Positions 9,099 through 18,605 of a stretch of 23,926 bases of DNA are shown piece by piece. Both the position numbers and the translations under genes were made by a program. Under the pieces are notes generated by a model. It was given only the letters and a program-made list of their open reading frames with translations, searched no databases and was not told the origin of the DNA. The stretch spans positions 1 to 23,926 of the forward strand of contig JAAUSA010000059.1 in assembly GCA_012031975.1 (NCBI GenBank). Reading direction: 5' to 3'. Source of the stretch: Alkalinema sp. RU_4_3 (GTDB taxonomy: Bacteria; Cyanobacteriota; Cyanobacteriia; Leptolyngbyales; Leptolyngbyaceae). Numbering within the stretch: position 1 is the first letter of the stretch; every line of letters begins with the position of its first letter.

Positions 9099-10177
9099 CA
9101 GTTTTTTATAGGTGCCCTTGAGTGCGTCGCGATCGCCACTTCCCTGGCTCCCTCTGTCTTGGCAAACCCATCCCCAAAGCTGGCTACATCCACACCCATC
9201 AGTTTGAGCTTCGTAGACATGTCGGCGCCGGTGAAGCTGTTGCTCTGGGGCTGACAGATGTTGTCGGCAGCGATCGCGGCCATCGTGTAACCCGGTGCCA
9301 CCAGGCCGTAAATCCGACCATCATGGAGGGCACATTCGCCGATCGCGTAGATATCGGGGTCCGAGGTTTGGCAAAATTCGTTAATGACAATGCCGCCGCG
9401 ATCGCCCACGCTGAGGTCACAGCTCTTGGCCAATTCATCACGGGGCCGTATCCCAGCGGAAAAGACAATCATGTCGGTTTGCAATTCCGTGCCATCGGCA
9501 AACTGCATTTTGTGGACTTTACCGTTTTCGCTGACGATCGCCGTGGTGGATTTACTCGTATGGACCGTGACATCCAATTCCTGAATCTTATCCTTAAGAA
9601 TCAAGCCCCCGGCCCCATCCACCTGCACAGGCATCAGACGGGGCGCAAACTCCACCACATGGGTTTTTAATCCCATATTCTTCAGCGCATTGGCACATTC
9701 AAGACCGAGTAAACCACCACCCACAACCACGCCCACCTTGCACTGCTTTGCGTAGGCCGACATGGCTTCGAGATCTTCAATAGTGCGATAGACAAAGGTG
9801 CCTTCGACATCTTTCCCTGGAATCGGTGGCACGAAAGGGAAGGAACCCGTGGCTAGGACCAGTTTGTCGTAGGCGATCGTCACACCATTATCAGAAGTGA
9901 TGGTTTTTGCGGCGCGATCGATATGATTTGCTTTATCGCCAATATGAATATTAATATTATTTTCCTGATAAAACCCCGGCTGCACCAACGTCAGGTCCGC
10001 CGCCGTTTTGCCGCTGAAAAACCCGCTGAGATTGACGCGATCGTAGGCTACACGCGGTTCCTCGCAAAAGGTCGTCAGGCTCCATTCTTGACCGTCATCC
10101 TTGGCCAGCATCCGCTCCAAGAACTTATGTCCAACCATGCCGTTACCGATCACGACTAAATTCTTCTTTGTGGCCAT
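9095..10177 (-). CDS. nirB: NirB N-terminal about 360 aa (FAD/NAD(P)-binding pyridine nucleotide-disulfide oxidoreductase domain). It ends in an out-of-frame tail THSRAPIKNW before the stop at 9095.
   Basis: MATKKNLVVIGNGMVGHKFLERML...FCEEPRVAYDRVNLS...ATGSFPFVPPIPG...VVGGGLLGLECA...YAIGECA is the NirB N-terminus. Together the two ORFs total about 845 aa, the normal NirB length. Confidence 0.9.
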   Translation of the reverse strand: MATKKNLVVIGNGMVGHKFLERMLAKDDGQEWSLTTFCEEPRVAYDRVNLSGFFSGKTAADLTLVQPGFYQENNINIHIGDKANHIDRAAKTITSDNGVTIAYDKLVLATGSFPFVPPIPGKDVEGTFVYRTIEDLEAMSAYAKQCKVGVVVGGGLLGLECANALKNMGLKTHVVEFAPRLMPVQVDGAGGLILKDKIQELDVTVHTSKSTTAIVSENGKVHKMQFADGTELQTDMIVFSAGIRPRDELAKSCDLSVGDRGGIVINEFCQTSDPDIYAIGECALHDGRIYGLVAPGYTMAAIAADNICQPQSNSFTGADMSTKLKLMGVDVASFGDGFAKTEGAREVAIATHSRAPIKNW

Positions 10178-10246
10178 TAGAACCTGTTTGAAGTAGTGAG
10201 AGTGCTAAAGATTGTACAAGTGTGGGTCCATCCGTCAATCAATTTG

Positions 10247-10260
10247 GTATTCCTCAATAC
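10247..10260. promoter_or_regulatory. Candidate NtcA-binding site (GTA-N8-TAC: GTATTCCTCAATAC) in the divergent nirB / flotillin intergenic region. A TACAAT -10-like hexamer lies on the nirB strand at about 10211-10216.
   Basis: The consensus GTAN8TAC is seen directly. Spacing to the putative -10 box is about 32 nt, longer than the canonical roughly 22 nt, so the call is weak. Confidence 0.3.
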
Positions 10261-10503
10261 AAAATGCCCTAGCCTATGGGCAAAGAGCATCGATCCCATG
10301 GGTGAAGAGAATGGGAGGTGGGCGATCGCCCAGAATATTACGTTTTGCATTTAAATGTAAACTTTCTAAGCGTCATACCCTGGCGATAGGTTCAGCGCGA
10401 CTTCCTTGAAACGTCTGCTGCCGTTCTGCTTGATTTTTACTGTTACACAGATGTTAAGAAAATCGCCGTCTCTAAATCTCGGTGTTAGCTTAAATCTATT
10501 CTA

Positions 10504-12408
10504 TTGCCCTACATGGGTGAGCTTAATACACTAGATATGGAAACCGCTTCATTCTTTTCCATCTTGCCTGCTGCCTCGCTTCAAAAGCAGACCAAGATTG
10601 TCCGACGTTGTAATCAATTTTTGGCAGCTTTAGTCGCTTCTACGGCCCTCTCCCTCGCGCCCCCAGCCAAGGCCCAGCCGCCCATACTACCAGCGGCTCC
10701 GCCCCCAATAGCAGGGGTCAAAACACCGATCGCCATGATTCCCGTTGACCTGGTTGTCGTACCTGTGGCGATCGCTGGTGTGATTCTCCTCGGCCTGACC
10801 TGCGGCGGTCTCGTGGTGATCGGCGAACGCGAAGTTGGGATTGTGGTGAAGAAGGTCTCCTTTGCTGGACGCCGCCTGCCACCGGGACGACTGATCGCCC
10901 TCGAAGGTGAAGCGGGCTACCAGGCCGACACCCTCGCTCCTGGCTGGCATTGGGGCTATTGGCCCTGGCAGTTTGGAGTACGTAAGGAATCTGTGCTGGT
11001 GATTCCCCAGGGCGAAGTGGCCTTGATCGTGGCCAATGATGGCACCTCGATTCCCCTGGAGCGGATTTTGGGGCAGGTGGTGCCCTGCGACAATTTCCAG
11101 GATGCCCGCAAATTCCTAGCAAACGGCGGCGAAAAGGGCCGTCAGCTAGGCTTTCTCACCGCCGGAACCTACCGGATCAACACCGCCCAATTCAAAGTGA
11201 TCACGGCTAGCAACGCTGACCAACATGGCATGCGGCCCGAGCAGCTCAACGTCTACTCCGTCACCTCCGACAAAGTCGGCATCGTCTCCACCCTCGACGG
11301 GATGCCGATCGAATCCGGGGAAATCGCCGGAGCCGTCGTGCCCGACCATGACAATTTCCAAAACGGCCAGAAATTCATCCAGCAAAACGGACGCCGGGGT
11401 TTGCAGCAGCAGATCCTGCTGTCGGGGTCCTGGAACCTCAACCCCTGGTTTGTGCAGGTGGAGCAAGTGCCGATGACCGAAATTCCGATCGGCTACGTCG
11501 GCGTCGTGGTTTCCTTCGTGGGGGATGCGCCGGATGATGTGAGTGGGGCGGGCTTTACCCATGGCAACCTGGTGCTGGTCGGCCACAAGGGCGTTTGGGT
11601 CACGCCGCTTTACCCTGGCAAACATCCAATCAACACCCGCGTCATGAAGGTGGAATTGGTCCCGACCATTAATATTGTGCTGAACTGGGCCAATCGCACC
11701 GAACGTCACCACTACGATGCCAACCTAGCGGCCTTGACCGTGCGCTCCAAGGACGGCTTTGCCTTTGCCCTAGAGGTCTCCCAAATCATCCATGTCGGAG
11801 CCCTCGACGCCCCCAAGGTGATCTCCCGCGTCGGCTCCATGCAAAACCTCGTAGACAACGTCCTCGAACCCAGCATCGGCAACTATTTCCGCAACTCGGC
11901 CCAGGATTACACGGTGCTCGACTTCCTAAATGCGAGAAGCGATCGCCAGTCTGAAGCCGCCGAATACATCAAAACTGCCCTACGGATCTACGACGTCCAG
12001 GCGATCGACACCCTAATCGGCGGCATCCAGCCCCCCGCCGAACTGATGCAGACCCAGACCGAACGGAAGCTCGCCGAGGAAAAGCGCAAAACCTACGAAG
12101 TCCAACAAATGGCCCAAACCCAACGCCAGCAGCTCGTACGAGAAACAGCCCTGGCGGATATTCAGCAGGAACTGGTCCAGTCCGAGCAGAGCGTCAATAT
12201 CGCCGAACTCAAGGCCAATGCCCAGATTAAACAGGCCACCGGGGAAGCAGAATCCACCCGTCTCAAAGCCTCCGGGGATGCCGAAGCGATCCGCGCCACC
12301 GGGAACGCCAAGGCTGAAACCTACCAGGCCGGGGTGAATGCCCTGGGTGGCCAGAGCTATACGGCCATGCAGTTGATGCAGATTATTGGCGATCGCACGT
12401 CCGGCTGA
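10504..12408 (+). CDS. Large flotillin-family / SPFH (band-7) domain protein with a C-terminal E/A/Q-rich coiled coil. The real start is possibly the internal ATG near 10724 (MIPVDLVVVPVAIAGVILLG, a TM helix). The C-terminus appears to continue in another frame.
   Basis: The TM segment followed by GEREVGIVVKKVSFAGRRLPPGRLIALEGEAGYQADTLAPG...CDNFQDARKFLANGGEKGRQLGFLTAGTYRINT is the pattern of the roughly 650-aa cyanobacterial flotillin family. The C-terminal ...AEAIRATGNAKAETYQAGVNALGGQSYTAMQLMQIIGDR is typical of flotillins. Confidence 0.7.
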   Translation: MPYMGELNTLDMETASFFSILPAASLQKQTKIVRRCNQFLAALVASTALSLAPPAKAQPPILPAAPPPIAGVKTPIAMIPVDLVVVPVAIAGVILLGLTCGGLVVIGEREVGIVVKKVSFAGRRLPPGRLIALEGEAGYQADTLAPGWHWGYWPWQFGVRKESVLVIPQGEVALIVANDGTSIPLERILGQVVPCDNFQDARKFLANGGEKGRQLGFLTAGTYRINTAQFKVITASNADQHGMRPEQLNVYSVTSDKVGIVSTLDGMPIESGEIAGAVVPDHDNFQNGQKFIQQNGRRGLQQQILLSGSWNLNPWFVQVEQVPMTEIPIGYVGVVVSFVGDAPDDVSGAGFTHGNLVLVGHKGVWVTPLYPGKHPINTRVMKVELVPTINIVLNWANRTERHHYDANLAALTVRSKDGFAFALEVSQIIHVGALDAPKVISRVGSMQNLVDNVLEPSIGNYFRNSAQDYTVLDFLNARSDRQSEAAEYIKTALRIYDVQAIDTLIGGIQPPAELMQTQTERKLAEEKRKTYEVQQMAQTQRQQLVRETALADIQQELVQSEQSVNIAELKANAQIKQATGEAESTRLKASGDAEAIRATGNAKAETYQAGVNALGGQSYTAMQLMQIIGDRTSG

Positions 12409-12422
12409 TCCCGGATGTCCTC

Positions 12423-12689
12423 GTGGGAGCCAACGGCAATGGCAATGGTCTGGTCGATGGACTGCTGTCGATGATTCTCTGGAACCAAACTGAAGGCAAG
12501 CCACCAATCCTTGGGACCAAACGCCCTGAGGAAACAGAGGCGGAACTCGCCCCGATCAGCCAGGAAATTCTGGACCAGGGCGATCGCCTGACGGCTAGCA
12601 AACTCAACCCCTACAGGCACCGATGCAAGGACCCCCGAGAATTCTGTATAATGCCAGCAATATTGAAGCGCCGATCTAAAGTTTATTGA
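12423..12689 (+). CDS. Probable displaced C-terminal segment of the flotillin gene (GANGNGNGLVDGLLSMIL... tail), reached by a frame change at about 12395-12415
   Basis: Reading the +2 frame across the stop at 12406 gives ...RSHVRLIPDVLVGANGNGNGLVDGLLSMILWNQTEG, which resembles the conserved flotillin C-terminal glycine-rich tail. Confidence 0.45.
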   Translation: MGANGNGNGLVDGLLSMILWNQTEGKPPILGTKRPEETEAELAPISQEILDQGDRLTASKLNPYRHRCKDPREFCIMPAILKRRSKVY

Positions 12690-12723
12690 TGCCCCTGGTC
12701 ACTTCTACTGGATCAACTCAACC

Positions 12724-13368
12724 ATGTTGATAGAATCTCCTCCAAAACCGATCGGTGAAAAGCGCCTCACTTTCCATAACCTGACTTGGCCTGCCTTCAA
12801 GCAGATTCATAGTCTGCTGGCCGCCAATACCCGCGCCCGCTTCACCTATGATCATGGCACGCTTGAAATCACCATGCCCCTGGAAATCCACGAACGATCG
12901 GCCCGCTTAATTGAACGTTTTATCCTAATTCTTGTGATGGAAATGGGCTTGAAACTTAAAACCATGGGTTCTACGACCCTCGATCGCGAAGATCTCCTCA
13001 AAAGCGCTGAGCCCGATAACGGCTACTACATTCAAAATTATGCCCAGGTGGCTGACCATGAAATCGATCTCGATATTGATCCGGCTCCCGATCTAATTGT
13101 TGAAGTAGATATCACCCACACCGATTTGAACAAAGATAGTCTCTATGCTTCCATGGGCGTGATGGAGTTTTGGCGATTTGACGGTAAAAACTGGCGGATT
13201 CTCCAGCTCCAGGATGGTGAATATGTGGAGGGCGATCGATCGCCCACGTTTGCTCTTGTCTCTAAATCCGATCTCTATGAATTCCTGAAAATTGCGTTTC
13301 GCGACGAAATTGCTGCTGAAATGGACTTCCGACAGCTCATTCGTCAGCGATTGCAAGCATTAAATTAG
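12724..13368 (+). CDS. Uma2-family (DUF820) putative restriction-endonuclease-like protein
   Basis: 214 aa. TLEITMPLEIHERSARLIERF...PDLIVEVDITHTD...EFWRFDGKNWRILQL matches the abundant cyanobacterial Uma2 family. Confidence 0.85.
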   Translation: MLIESPPKPIGEKRLTFHNLTWPAFKQIHSLLAANTRARFTYDHGTLEITMPLEIHERSARLIERFILILVMEMGLKLKTMGSTTLDREDLLKSAEPDNGYYIQNYAQVADHEIDLDIDPAPDLIVEVDITHTDLNKDSLYASMGVMEFWRFDGKNWRILQLQDGEYVEGDRSPTFALVSKSDLYEFLKIAFRDEIAAEMDFRQLIRQRLQALN

Positions 13369-13771
13369 TTTGATGCCTAGGCTGTGGGGGGGTGATCGTC
13401 GATCAACTAATCCGCTTTGGGTTTTCGAGGCGGGTTGTGCGATCGCATATTAATCAGGCAATTTTTTCACCCAATCTACACCTTGTAAGATCACGGCGAT
13501 CGAAGGGGGCAAATCACAACTGGATATTGCCGCATTAAATTAAACTGTTCCCCCTGTTGGATTTGCTGGTGAGGTATTAATTACTACACAGTCCATTTTA
13601 TTAATATTTCCTCAATAGCTTCAACTGAGACAGCCTCATCCCGATCGATCGCCTCCAACCCTTCCTTCACACCAACCATAAACTGGACTTTCTAGACAAT
13701 CTCTTGCAGCGAAGCCTCTGCGGGGAGATGTTCAAGGCAATAATAGCTTCCTTGTCACTCATCGCCCCAGC

Positions 13772-14503
13772 CTACTCCATATCAAACAACACCGTCGTCA
13801 TATACCGATCGGCCCACTCCCGCCCAAACGCCTTCTCCAACACCCGACGCGTCTTATCATTCTCCTGCTGCCGATCGCAATAGTAGCGCTGGCCCGCCAG
13901 AATCTCCGATCGCCGCTCAGGCGTCGCCACCGTAGCCACCGCCTGCCGACAATGCAACTCCAAATACTCAACGACGCGATCGACAAACACCGCCCCCTCC
14001 CCATCATCACTCGGATGAATAAACAGGCAAAACGGCGAAAAAATATCCGCCCACCCCGGAAACTGCCGCTCCTGGGAAAACCGCAGCGCATCCATCGACC
14101 CCAACTGCTCCTGGTAATCAGGCGGCAACAGCCCATCCCCCGCCACCGGCGACAAATCCGTGATCGCCATGCTCAGACGCCCCCGCCCCCCCACAATATC
14201 CGCCCCAAACATCGGCAACGCATAATCGCTCCGGGGAAACATCACACAATGCAGAATATCCAACGCCTCCCCCACCTTCGCCAACTCCATATGCAGCTTC
14301 CGGAACTGCGGCGTCTGGAAGCAATGATTCTCAATCACAATCCGCTCCCCCTCCATCTTGCCCTCCACATAGCCCAAATCCGACGGCAAATAGTAGGGCT
14401 CCAGATCCAAATGCTCCCGCCAGACCGCCTCAATCCGATCGGCCAACTGCCGAATCAAAGGGTGCTGCCGTTGGCGAATCGAGTGAGTAGGACTAGAAAT
14501 CAT
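13772..14503 (-). CDS. pcyA: Phycocyanobilin:ferredoxin oxidoreductase
   Basis: HPLIRQLADRIEAVWREHLDLEPYYLPSDLGYVEGKMEGERIVIENHCFQTPQFRKLHMELAKVG..LDILHCVMFP...NDKTRRVLEKAFG.EWADRYMTTVLFD is near-colinear with Synechocystis PcyA as I recall it. Confidence 0.95.
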   Translation of the reverse strand: MISSPTHSIRQRQHPLIRQLADRIEAVWREHLDLEPYYLPSDLGYVEGKMEGERIVIENHCFQTPQFRKLHMELAKVGEALDILHCVMFPRSDYALPMFGADIVGGRGRLSMAITDLSPVAGDGLLPPDYQEQLGSMDALRFSQERQFPGWADIFSPFCLFIHPSDDGEGAVFVDRVVEYLELHCRQAVATVATPERRSEILAGQRYYCDRQQENDKTRRVLEKAFGREWADRYMTTVLFDME

Positions 14504-14822
14504 GGGTTGAAGTCAGACAGAACAAGGGTCAAGGACGATCGAAGGAAAATAGCAACAGCTATAGAATGGCCCAATCATCCCGGCTGAGGACCACTATACT
14601 TATAAGTCTAAGGCGCTATCTATCAAACATTCAAACCATTCTCCAACCTCATAACAGTACATACGACCTGAAGGGTAAATCCTCAAATCCTCCGGATGGC
14701 CCAGTCCCCCCTGAGAATTCAGCTAAAACTCGGATGCTTTCCCCGATAATATCAGGTTGCCTGAATTCGGATCAGCAGGGTATAACCACTGTAAAGAAAA
14801 TATTTATTCTCCGTGACACGCT

Positions 14823-15635
14823 ATGTCTGGTCAAATCTTGGCGGATCGGTATGAGATCGAAAAGCAGCTTGGGAAGCAAGCGGGGCGTTGGACCCTGCTG
14901 GCCCGCGATGTACGCACCCAGGAGCAGGTCGTTGTAAAACTTATCTTTGTCGATGCCCAACTGAGCGCCGACGACAAAAAACTCTTCGATCGCGAAGTCT
15001 CCATCCTCCAGAACCTCTCCCACCCCTGCATCCCCGGCTATCGCGACTACTTCGAGACCGTCATGCCCGACGACACCCGCGCCCTGGCCCTCGTCCAGAC
15101 CTACGTGCCCGGCAAGTCCCTAGAGGAGATCCTCCAGCAGGGCCGCACCTTCACCGAGGAAGAAACCCGGCAGATCGCCAAGGTCCTCCTGAAGATCCTC
15201 GACCACCTGCACAGCCAGATCACCCCCGTCATCCACCGGGACATCAAGCCCAGCAACGTGGTGATCGGCACCGATCGCCGCCCCTACCTGGTGGACTTCG
15301 GCTCCGTCAAAGTCACCCTCAGCCAAGAAACCGCCGCCTACACCATGGTCGGCACCTACGGCTACATGCCCCCTGAACAGTTTGGCGGGCGGGCCTTGAT
15401 CGCCTCGGACCTCTACAGTCTGGGCGCAACGCTGATCTCCCTGCTCACGGGCCGCGAACCCTCACAGATCAGCCGCAAAGGCACCCGCTTTGACTTCGAA
15501 TCCCTCGCCGATCTGAGCCCAACTTTTGCCGACTGGCTCCACTGGATGACCGAGATCAACGTGTCAAAACGTCTCCAGTCCGCCAAGGAAGCCCTCCAGG
15601 TCCTCGAATCCGGCAAGGTGCGGGAAGCCCTCTAG
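14823..15635 (+). CDS. Serine/threonine protein kinase (Hanks-type kinase domain only, 270 aa)
   Basis: Carries VVKLIF (Lys), HRDIKPSNVVIG (catalytic loop), DFG, and GTYGYMPPEQ (APE-like). Confidence 0.9.
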   Translation: MSGQILADRYEIEKQLGKQAGRWTLLARDVRTQEQVVVKLIFVDAQLSADDKKLFDREVSILQNLSHPCIPGYRDYFETVMPDDTRALALVQTYVPGKSLEEILQQGRTFTEEETRQIAKVLLKILDHLHSQITPVIHRDIKPSNVVIGTDRRPYLVDFGSVKVTLSQETAAYTMVGTYGYMPPEQFGGRALIASDLYSLGATLISLLTGREPSQISRKGTRFDFESLADLSPTFADWLHWMTEINVSKRLQSAKEALQVLESGKVREAL

Positions 15636-15710
15636 ACCCTGGGATTGTCCCTCGGCCGCTTCGGATTATGATAGAGGGAGATATTTTGCCCCAGGCACCG
15701 TAGAAACACC

Positions 15711-16919
15711 ATGGATACCAAAGCGTTTAAGCGATCGCTCAACCACTCCGCCCAGTACCATCGTAAGGGCTTTGGCCATGGAGAGGCGGTATCCCAGACG
15801 CTACAGTCCGAGTATCAAAGCCCCCTGATCCAGGAAATCCGCAGCCAAAACTACCGCCTAACGCGCGGCAACGTCACCATCAGTCTGGCCCAGTCCTTCG
15901 GCTTCTGCTGGGGGGTCGAGCGCGCTGTGGCCAGCTGCCTACGAACCCGCACCCACTTCCCAAAGGAGCGCATCTGGATCACCAACGAGATCATCCACAA
16001 CCCTTCTGTGAACCAGCGCCTTAAGGAAATGGAGGTGCAGTTCATCGAAGTCGAAGGCAAGGAGAAGAACTTCTCGGGCGTGGCCAAAGGCGACGTCGTG
16101 ATTCTGCCCGCCTTTGGGGCCAGCGTCCAGGAGATGCAGATCCTCAACGATCGCGGCTGTACCATCGTCGATACCACCTGTCCCTGGGTCTCCAAGGTCT
16201 GGAACACCGTGGAGAAGCACAAGAAGATGGAGTACACCTCGATCATCCACGGCAAGTACAACCATGAAGAAACCGTGGCCACCAGCTCCTTTGCTGGCAC
16301 CTACTTGATCGTGCTGAACCTAGCCCAGGCCGAGGAAGTGGCGGACTACATCCTCAACGGGGGCGACCCGGAAGCCTTCCTCGCCAAGTATAAAAACGCC
16401 TATTCAAACGGATTCGACCCCGATCGCGACCTCCAATGCGTCGGCATCGCCAACCAAACCACCATGCTCAAGGGGGAGACCGAGGCCATCGGCAAGCTGT
16501 TCGAGCGGACCATGATGCGCAAGTATGGCCCAGACCAGGTGAATGAGCATTTCTGGAGCTACAACACGATCTGCGATGCCACCCAGGAGCGCCAGGACGC
16601 GATGTTTGAACTGGTGGGGGAGAAGTTGGATTTGATGGTGGTGATTGGGGGCTATAACTCGTCGAACACCACGCACCTGCAGGAGATTTCGGTGGATCGA
16701 TCGCTCCCTTCCTTCCATATCGACTGTGCCGAGCGCATTGGTCCGGGGAACCGAGTGGAGCATAAGCCCTTGGATCAGGATTTGACGGTGGAGGAGATCT
16801 GGTTGCCGGAGGGGCCGTTGACGATCGGCATTACTTCGGGGGCCTCGACACCCGATAAGGTGGTGGAGGATGTGATTGAGAAGATCTTTGCGATCAAAAA
16901 TGCGGCGGTAGCGGTGTGA
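15711..16919 (+). CDS. ispH: 4-hydroxy-3-methylbut-2-enyl diphosphate reductase (IspH/LytB), the cyanobacterial long form with an N-terminal extension
   Basis: [10 protein letters not shown]...[12 protein letters not shown]...VILPAFGAS...[10 protein letters not shown]...[13 protein letters not shown]...[14 protein letters not shown] are the conserved IspH motifs. Confidence 0.95.
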   Translation: MDTKAFKRSLNHSAQYHRKGFGHGEAVSQTLQSEYQSPLIQEIRSQNYRLTRGNVTISLAQSFGFCWGVERAVASCLRTRTHFPKERIWITNEIIHNPSVNQRLKEMEVQFIEVEGKEKNFSGVAKGDVVILPAFGASVQEMQILNDRGCTIVDTTCPWVSKVWNTVEKHKKMEYTSIIHGKYNHEETVATSSFAGTYLIVLNLAQAEEVADYILNGGDPEAFLAKYKNAYSNGFDPDRDLQCVGIANQTTMLKGETEAIGKLFERTMMRKYGPDQVNEHFWSYNTICDATQERQDAMFELVGEKLDLMVVIGGYNSSNTTHLQEISVDRSLPSFHIDCAERIGPGNRVEHKPLDQDLTVEEIWLPEGPLTIGITSGASTPDKVVEDVIEKIFAIKNAAVAV

Positions 16920-17635
16920 TGCGGTTGGTATTGCTGGTATTGCTGGGCGTGCTTTGGGCGGCTCCGGTTTGGGCAGAGAGTCTGGGGGATCGTCTGGCAT
17001 CCTACCCAGACTGGCATGGCAAGCCCAGCACCCAGCCCTCGAAGGGAGACTTGGCCTATCCGACTTGGATGGAGGGTCCTTGGCTGCTACGGACGACCCA
17101 GGTGGACCAGGTGGCGCCCTTGGCACCGGAGATCGTGACGCCGGGGTTTGAGAGCAATCGGCAGTTTTTGGATCGGGATGTGGATTTTCCGATTCAGTTT
17201 GTGCGACGGGGGGGGATGGTGGTCTCCGATCGCGCCTTCAATGGCATGAGTATCGCTAGGGCCTACCTGGGGGATCAGGCGCTGTCGGTGAAGGTGGACC
17301 CCCAGAACCCTAATCGGCAGTTGACGCTGCTGAAGAACGATCGGCAATTGGAATCGACCATTAGCGATCGGGCCGTAGAGGAGCCGGATGGGGATCATTT
17401 TCTGACGAGCGAAGTGTTTCAGCAGGTGTTTCGGACGCCCACGGGATCGCCCTATTTAAATCAGGTGGAGACGACGACGGCCTATACCCACCAGGCGGGA
17501 CAGCCGGAGATCGTGGCGGATCAGGTGACGGCGATTTATTTGTCTCCGAGCGACCCGAAGTATTTTCAGGCGGGGGATCGACCTGTGGCGATCTATCGCT
17601 ATCGTCTGGCATTTTTACCTAGGACTAGCGAGTAA
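16916..17635 (+). CDS. Hypothetical secreted protein (N-terminal signal peptide [20 protein letters not shown]). It overlaps the ispH stop in an ATGA arrangement (translational coupling).
   Basis: 239-aa ORF. Its start ATG overlaps the ispH TGA at 16916-16919. Confidence 0.5.
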   Translation: MMRLVLLVLLGVLWAAPVWAESLGDRLASYPDWHGKPSTQPSKGDLAYPTWMEGPWLLRTTQVDQVAPLAPEIVTPGFESNRQFLDRDVDFPIQFVRRGGMVVSDRAFNGMSIARAYLGDQALSVKVDPQNPNRQLTLLKNDRQLESTISDRAVEEPDGDHFLTSEVFQQVFRTPTGSPYLNQVETTTAYTHQAGQPEIVADQVTAIYLSPSDPKYFQAGDRPVAIYRYRLAFLPRTSE

Positions 17636-17709
17636 ACTGTCTTTACGGAACCGAATATATAAGTAAACTTTGATTTCATCGACTATGCGTTCTATGGAAC
17701 GGTTTGCTA

Positions 17710-17727
17710 ATCTCTATGCATAGAGAT
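17710..17727. promoter_or_regulatory. Perfect 18-bp palindrome ATCTCTATGCATAGAGAT, followed by a T-rich stretch, in an AT-rich intergenic region. It is either an operator-like site or a weak terminator hairpin.
   Basis: Read directly; the reverse complement is identical. Confidence 0.4.
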
Positions 17728-17902
17728 ACAGAATTTTATTTCTATCGGGTTGAAGATTTTCCTTTGGGGTCTGTTTGAATTAATGTTCACTGAAAACTTA
17801 ATATTGTTTAAATGGTTGTTAAATAATTATTTAGAGTGGTCCATCGCATTAACCCCATCGAATTTCCGGACCTTTGTTTTTAGATTTTGGAGCTAATGCA
17901 CC

Positions 17903-18235
17903 ATGGACCGTTTCACAATTAATCCCTACCGCGAAGAGTGGATCGCTGACTGGTGTGAGGCCCATGGCTGGACCGATTGGTTCTGTGAGCAGCGGTCCTA
18001 TTGGGCCTTTCCGCCCCATTCGGTGATGGCTGTGCCGATTCCGACGAAGGTGCTGCGGACGATCAAGATTAAGCATGGCATGAGTGCGGACGAGCAACGC
18101 TGGGCTTTCATGGCCTGGGTGGGGGTAATACTTGGGGTCATCCTGAGTTATGAGATTGCGTCACCTTTGCCGATGCTGCTGGCTTTGGGGTTTGGGGCGA
18201 TCGTGGCGGCGAGAATGGAAGAGGATGAGGTTTAG
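17903..18235 (+). CDS. Hypothetical small membrane protein (Trp-rich N-terminus, two C-terminal TM helices)
   Basis: 110-aa ORF preceded by an AT-rich region; GVILGVILSYEIASPLPMLLALGFGAIVAA is hydrophobic. Confidence 0.4.
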   Translation: MDRFTINPYREEWIADWCEAHGWTDWFCEQRSYWAFPPHSVMAVPIPTKVLRTIKIKHGMSADEQRWAFMAWVGVILGVILSYEIASPLPMLLALGFGAIVAARMEEDEV

Positions 18236-18535
18236 GCTGATGGTGTGAAATCCCCCGATCGGTTCCCCCGATCAGGTGAGGGCGAGGAACAGGGACGATC
18301 GCTAATATATCAACAAGTATAGAGCACATAAGTTCCTAGAACAACTCGGGGTGGGGCATCTCGAAGGGTTCTAGGGATTTTTTATGGTTTGTGATGACTG
18401 GGTTGAGGAATTGTTTTAGCGTTTGTCTGTGGGCTTCTGATAGGTGGTTGTCATGGCCGCCGCCTTTGGATGATAATCAGTTGTTTTTTAGGGCTGCGGG
18501 CTGCGGCATGTAAGTCCAGGTAGGTTTGTTTTCGG

Positions 18536-18585
18536 GATGGTTTTTGAGGCGGTTTTTGAAGCGGTTTTCGAAGCGGTTTTCGAGG
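18536..18585. repeat. Four tandem copies of a roughly 12-bp unit (CGAAGCGGTTTT)
   Basis: ggcggtttttgaagcggttttcgaagcggttttcgaggc, seen directly. Confidence 0.8.
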
Positions 18586-18605
18586 CATTGTGCGATCGAT
18601 CCATA

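Noticed and set aside
9122-10159. Plus-strand ORFs 9122..9670, 9384..9584, 9923..10159 and minus ORF 9199..9468
   Set aside because: Shadow frames within nirB, whose identity is unambiguous.
10687-12620. Minus-strand ORFs 10687..10950, 10718..11122, 11146..11712, 12013..12507, 12357..12620, 12383..12607 and plus ORFs 11225..11476
   Set aside because: Antisense or alternate frames of the flotillin gene; Arg/Pro/Gly-rich.
13798-14587. ORFs 13798..14136, 13952..14587 (211 aa, Arg/Pro/His-rich), 14118..14324
   Set aside because: Shadow frames of pcyA, which matches PcyA essentially end to end.
14888-16308. ORFs 14888..15376, 15120..15326, 15413..15616, 15851..16300, 15939..16265, 16114..16308
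   Set aside because: Alternate or antisense frames within the kinase and ispH genes in GC-rich DNA.
16404-17612. Minus ORFs 16404..17126 (240 aa, Pro-rich), 16775..17017, 17087..17398, 17361..17612 and plus ORF 16954..17151
   Set aside because: Antisense to ispH and the downstream signal-peptide gene; low-complexity translations.
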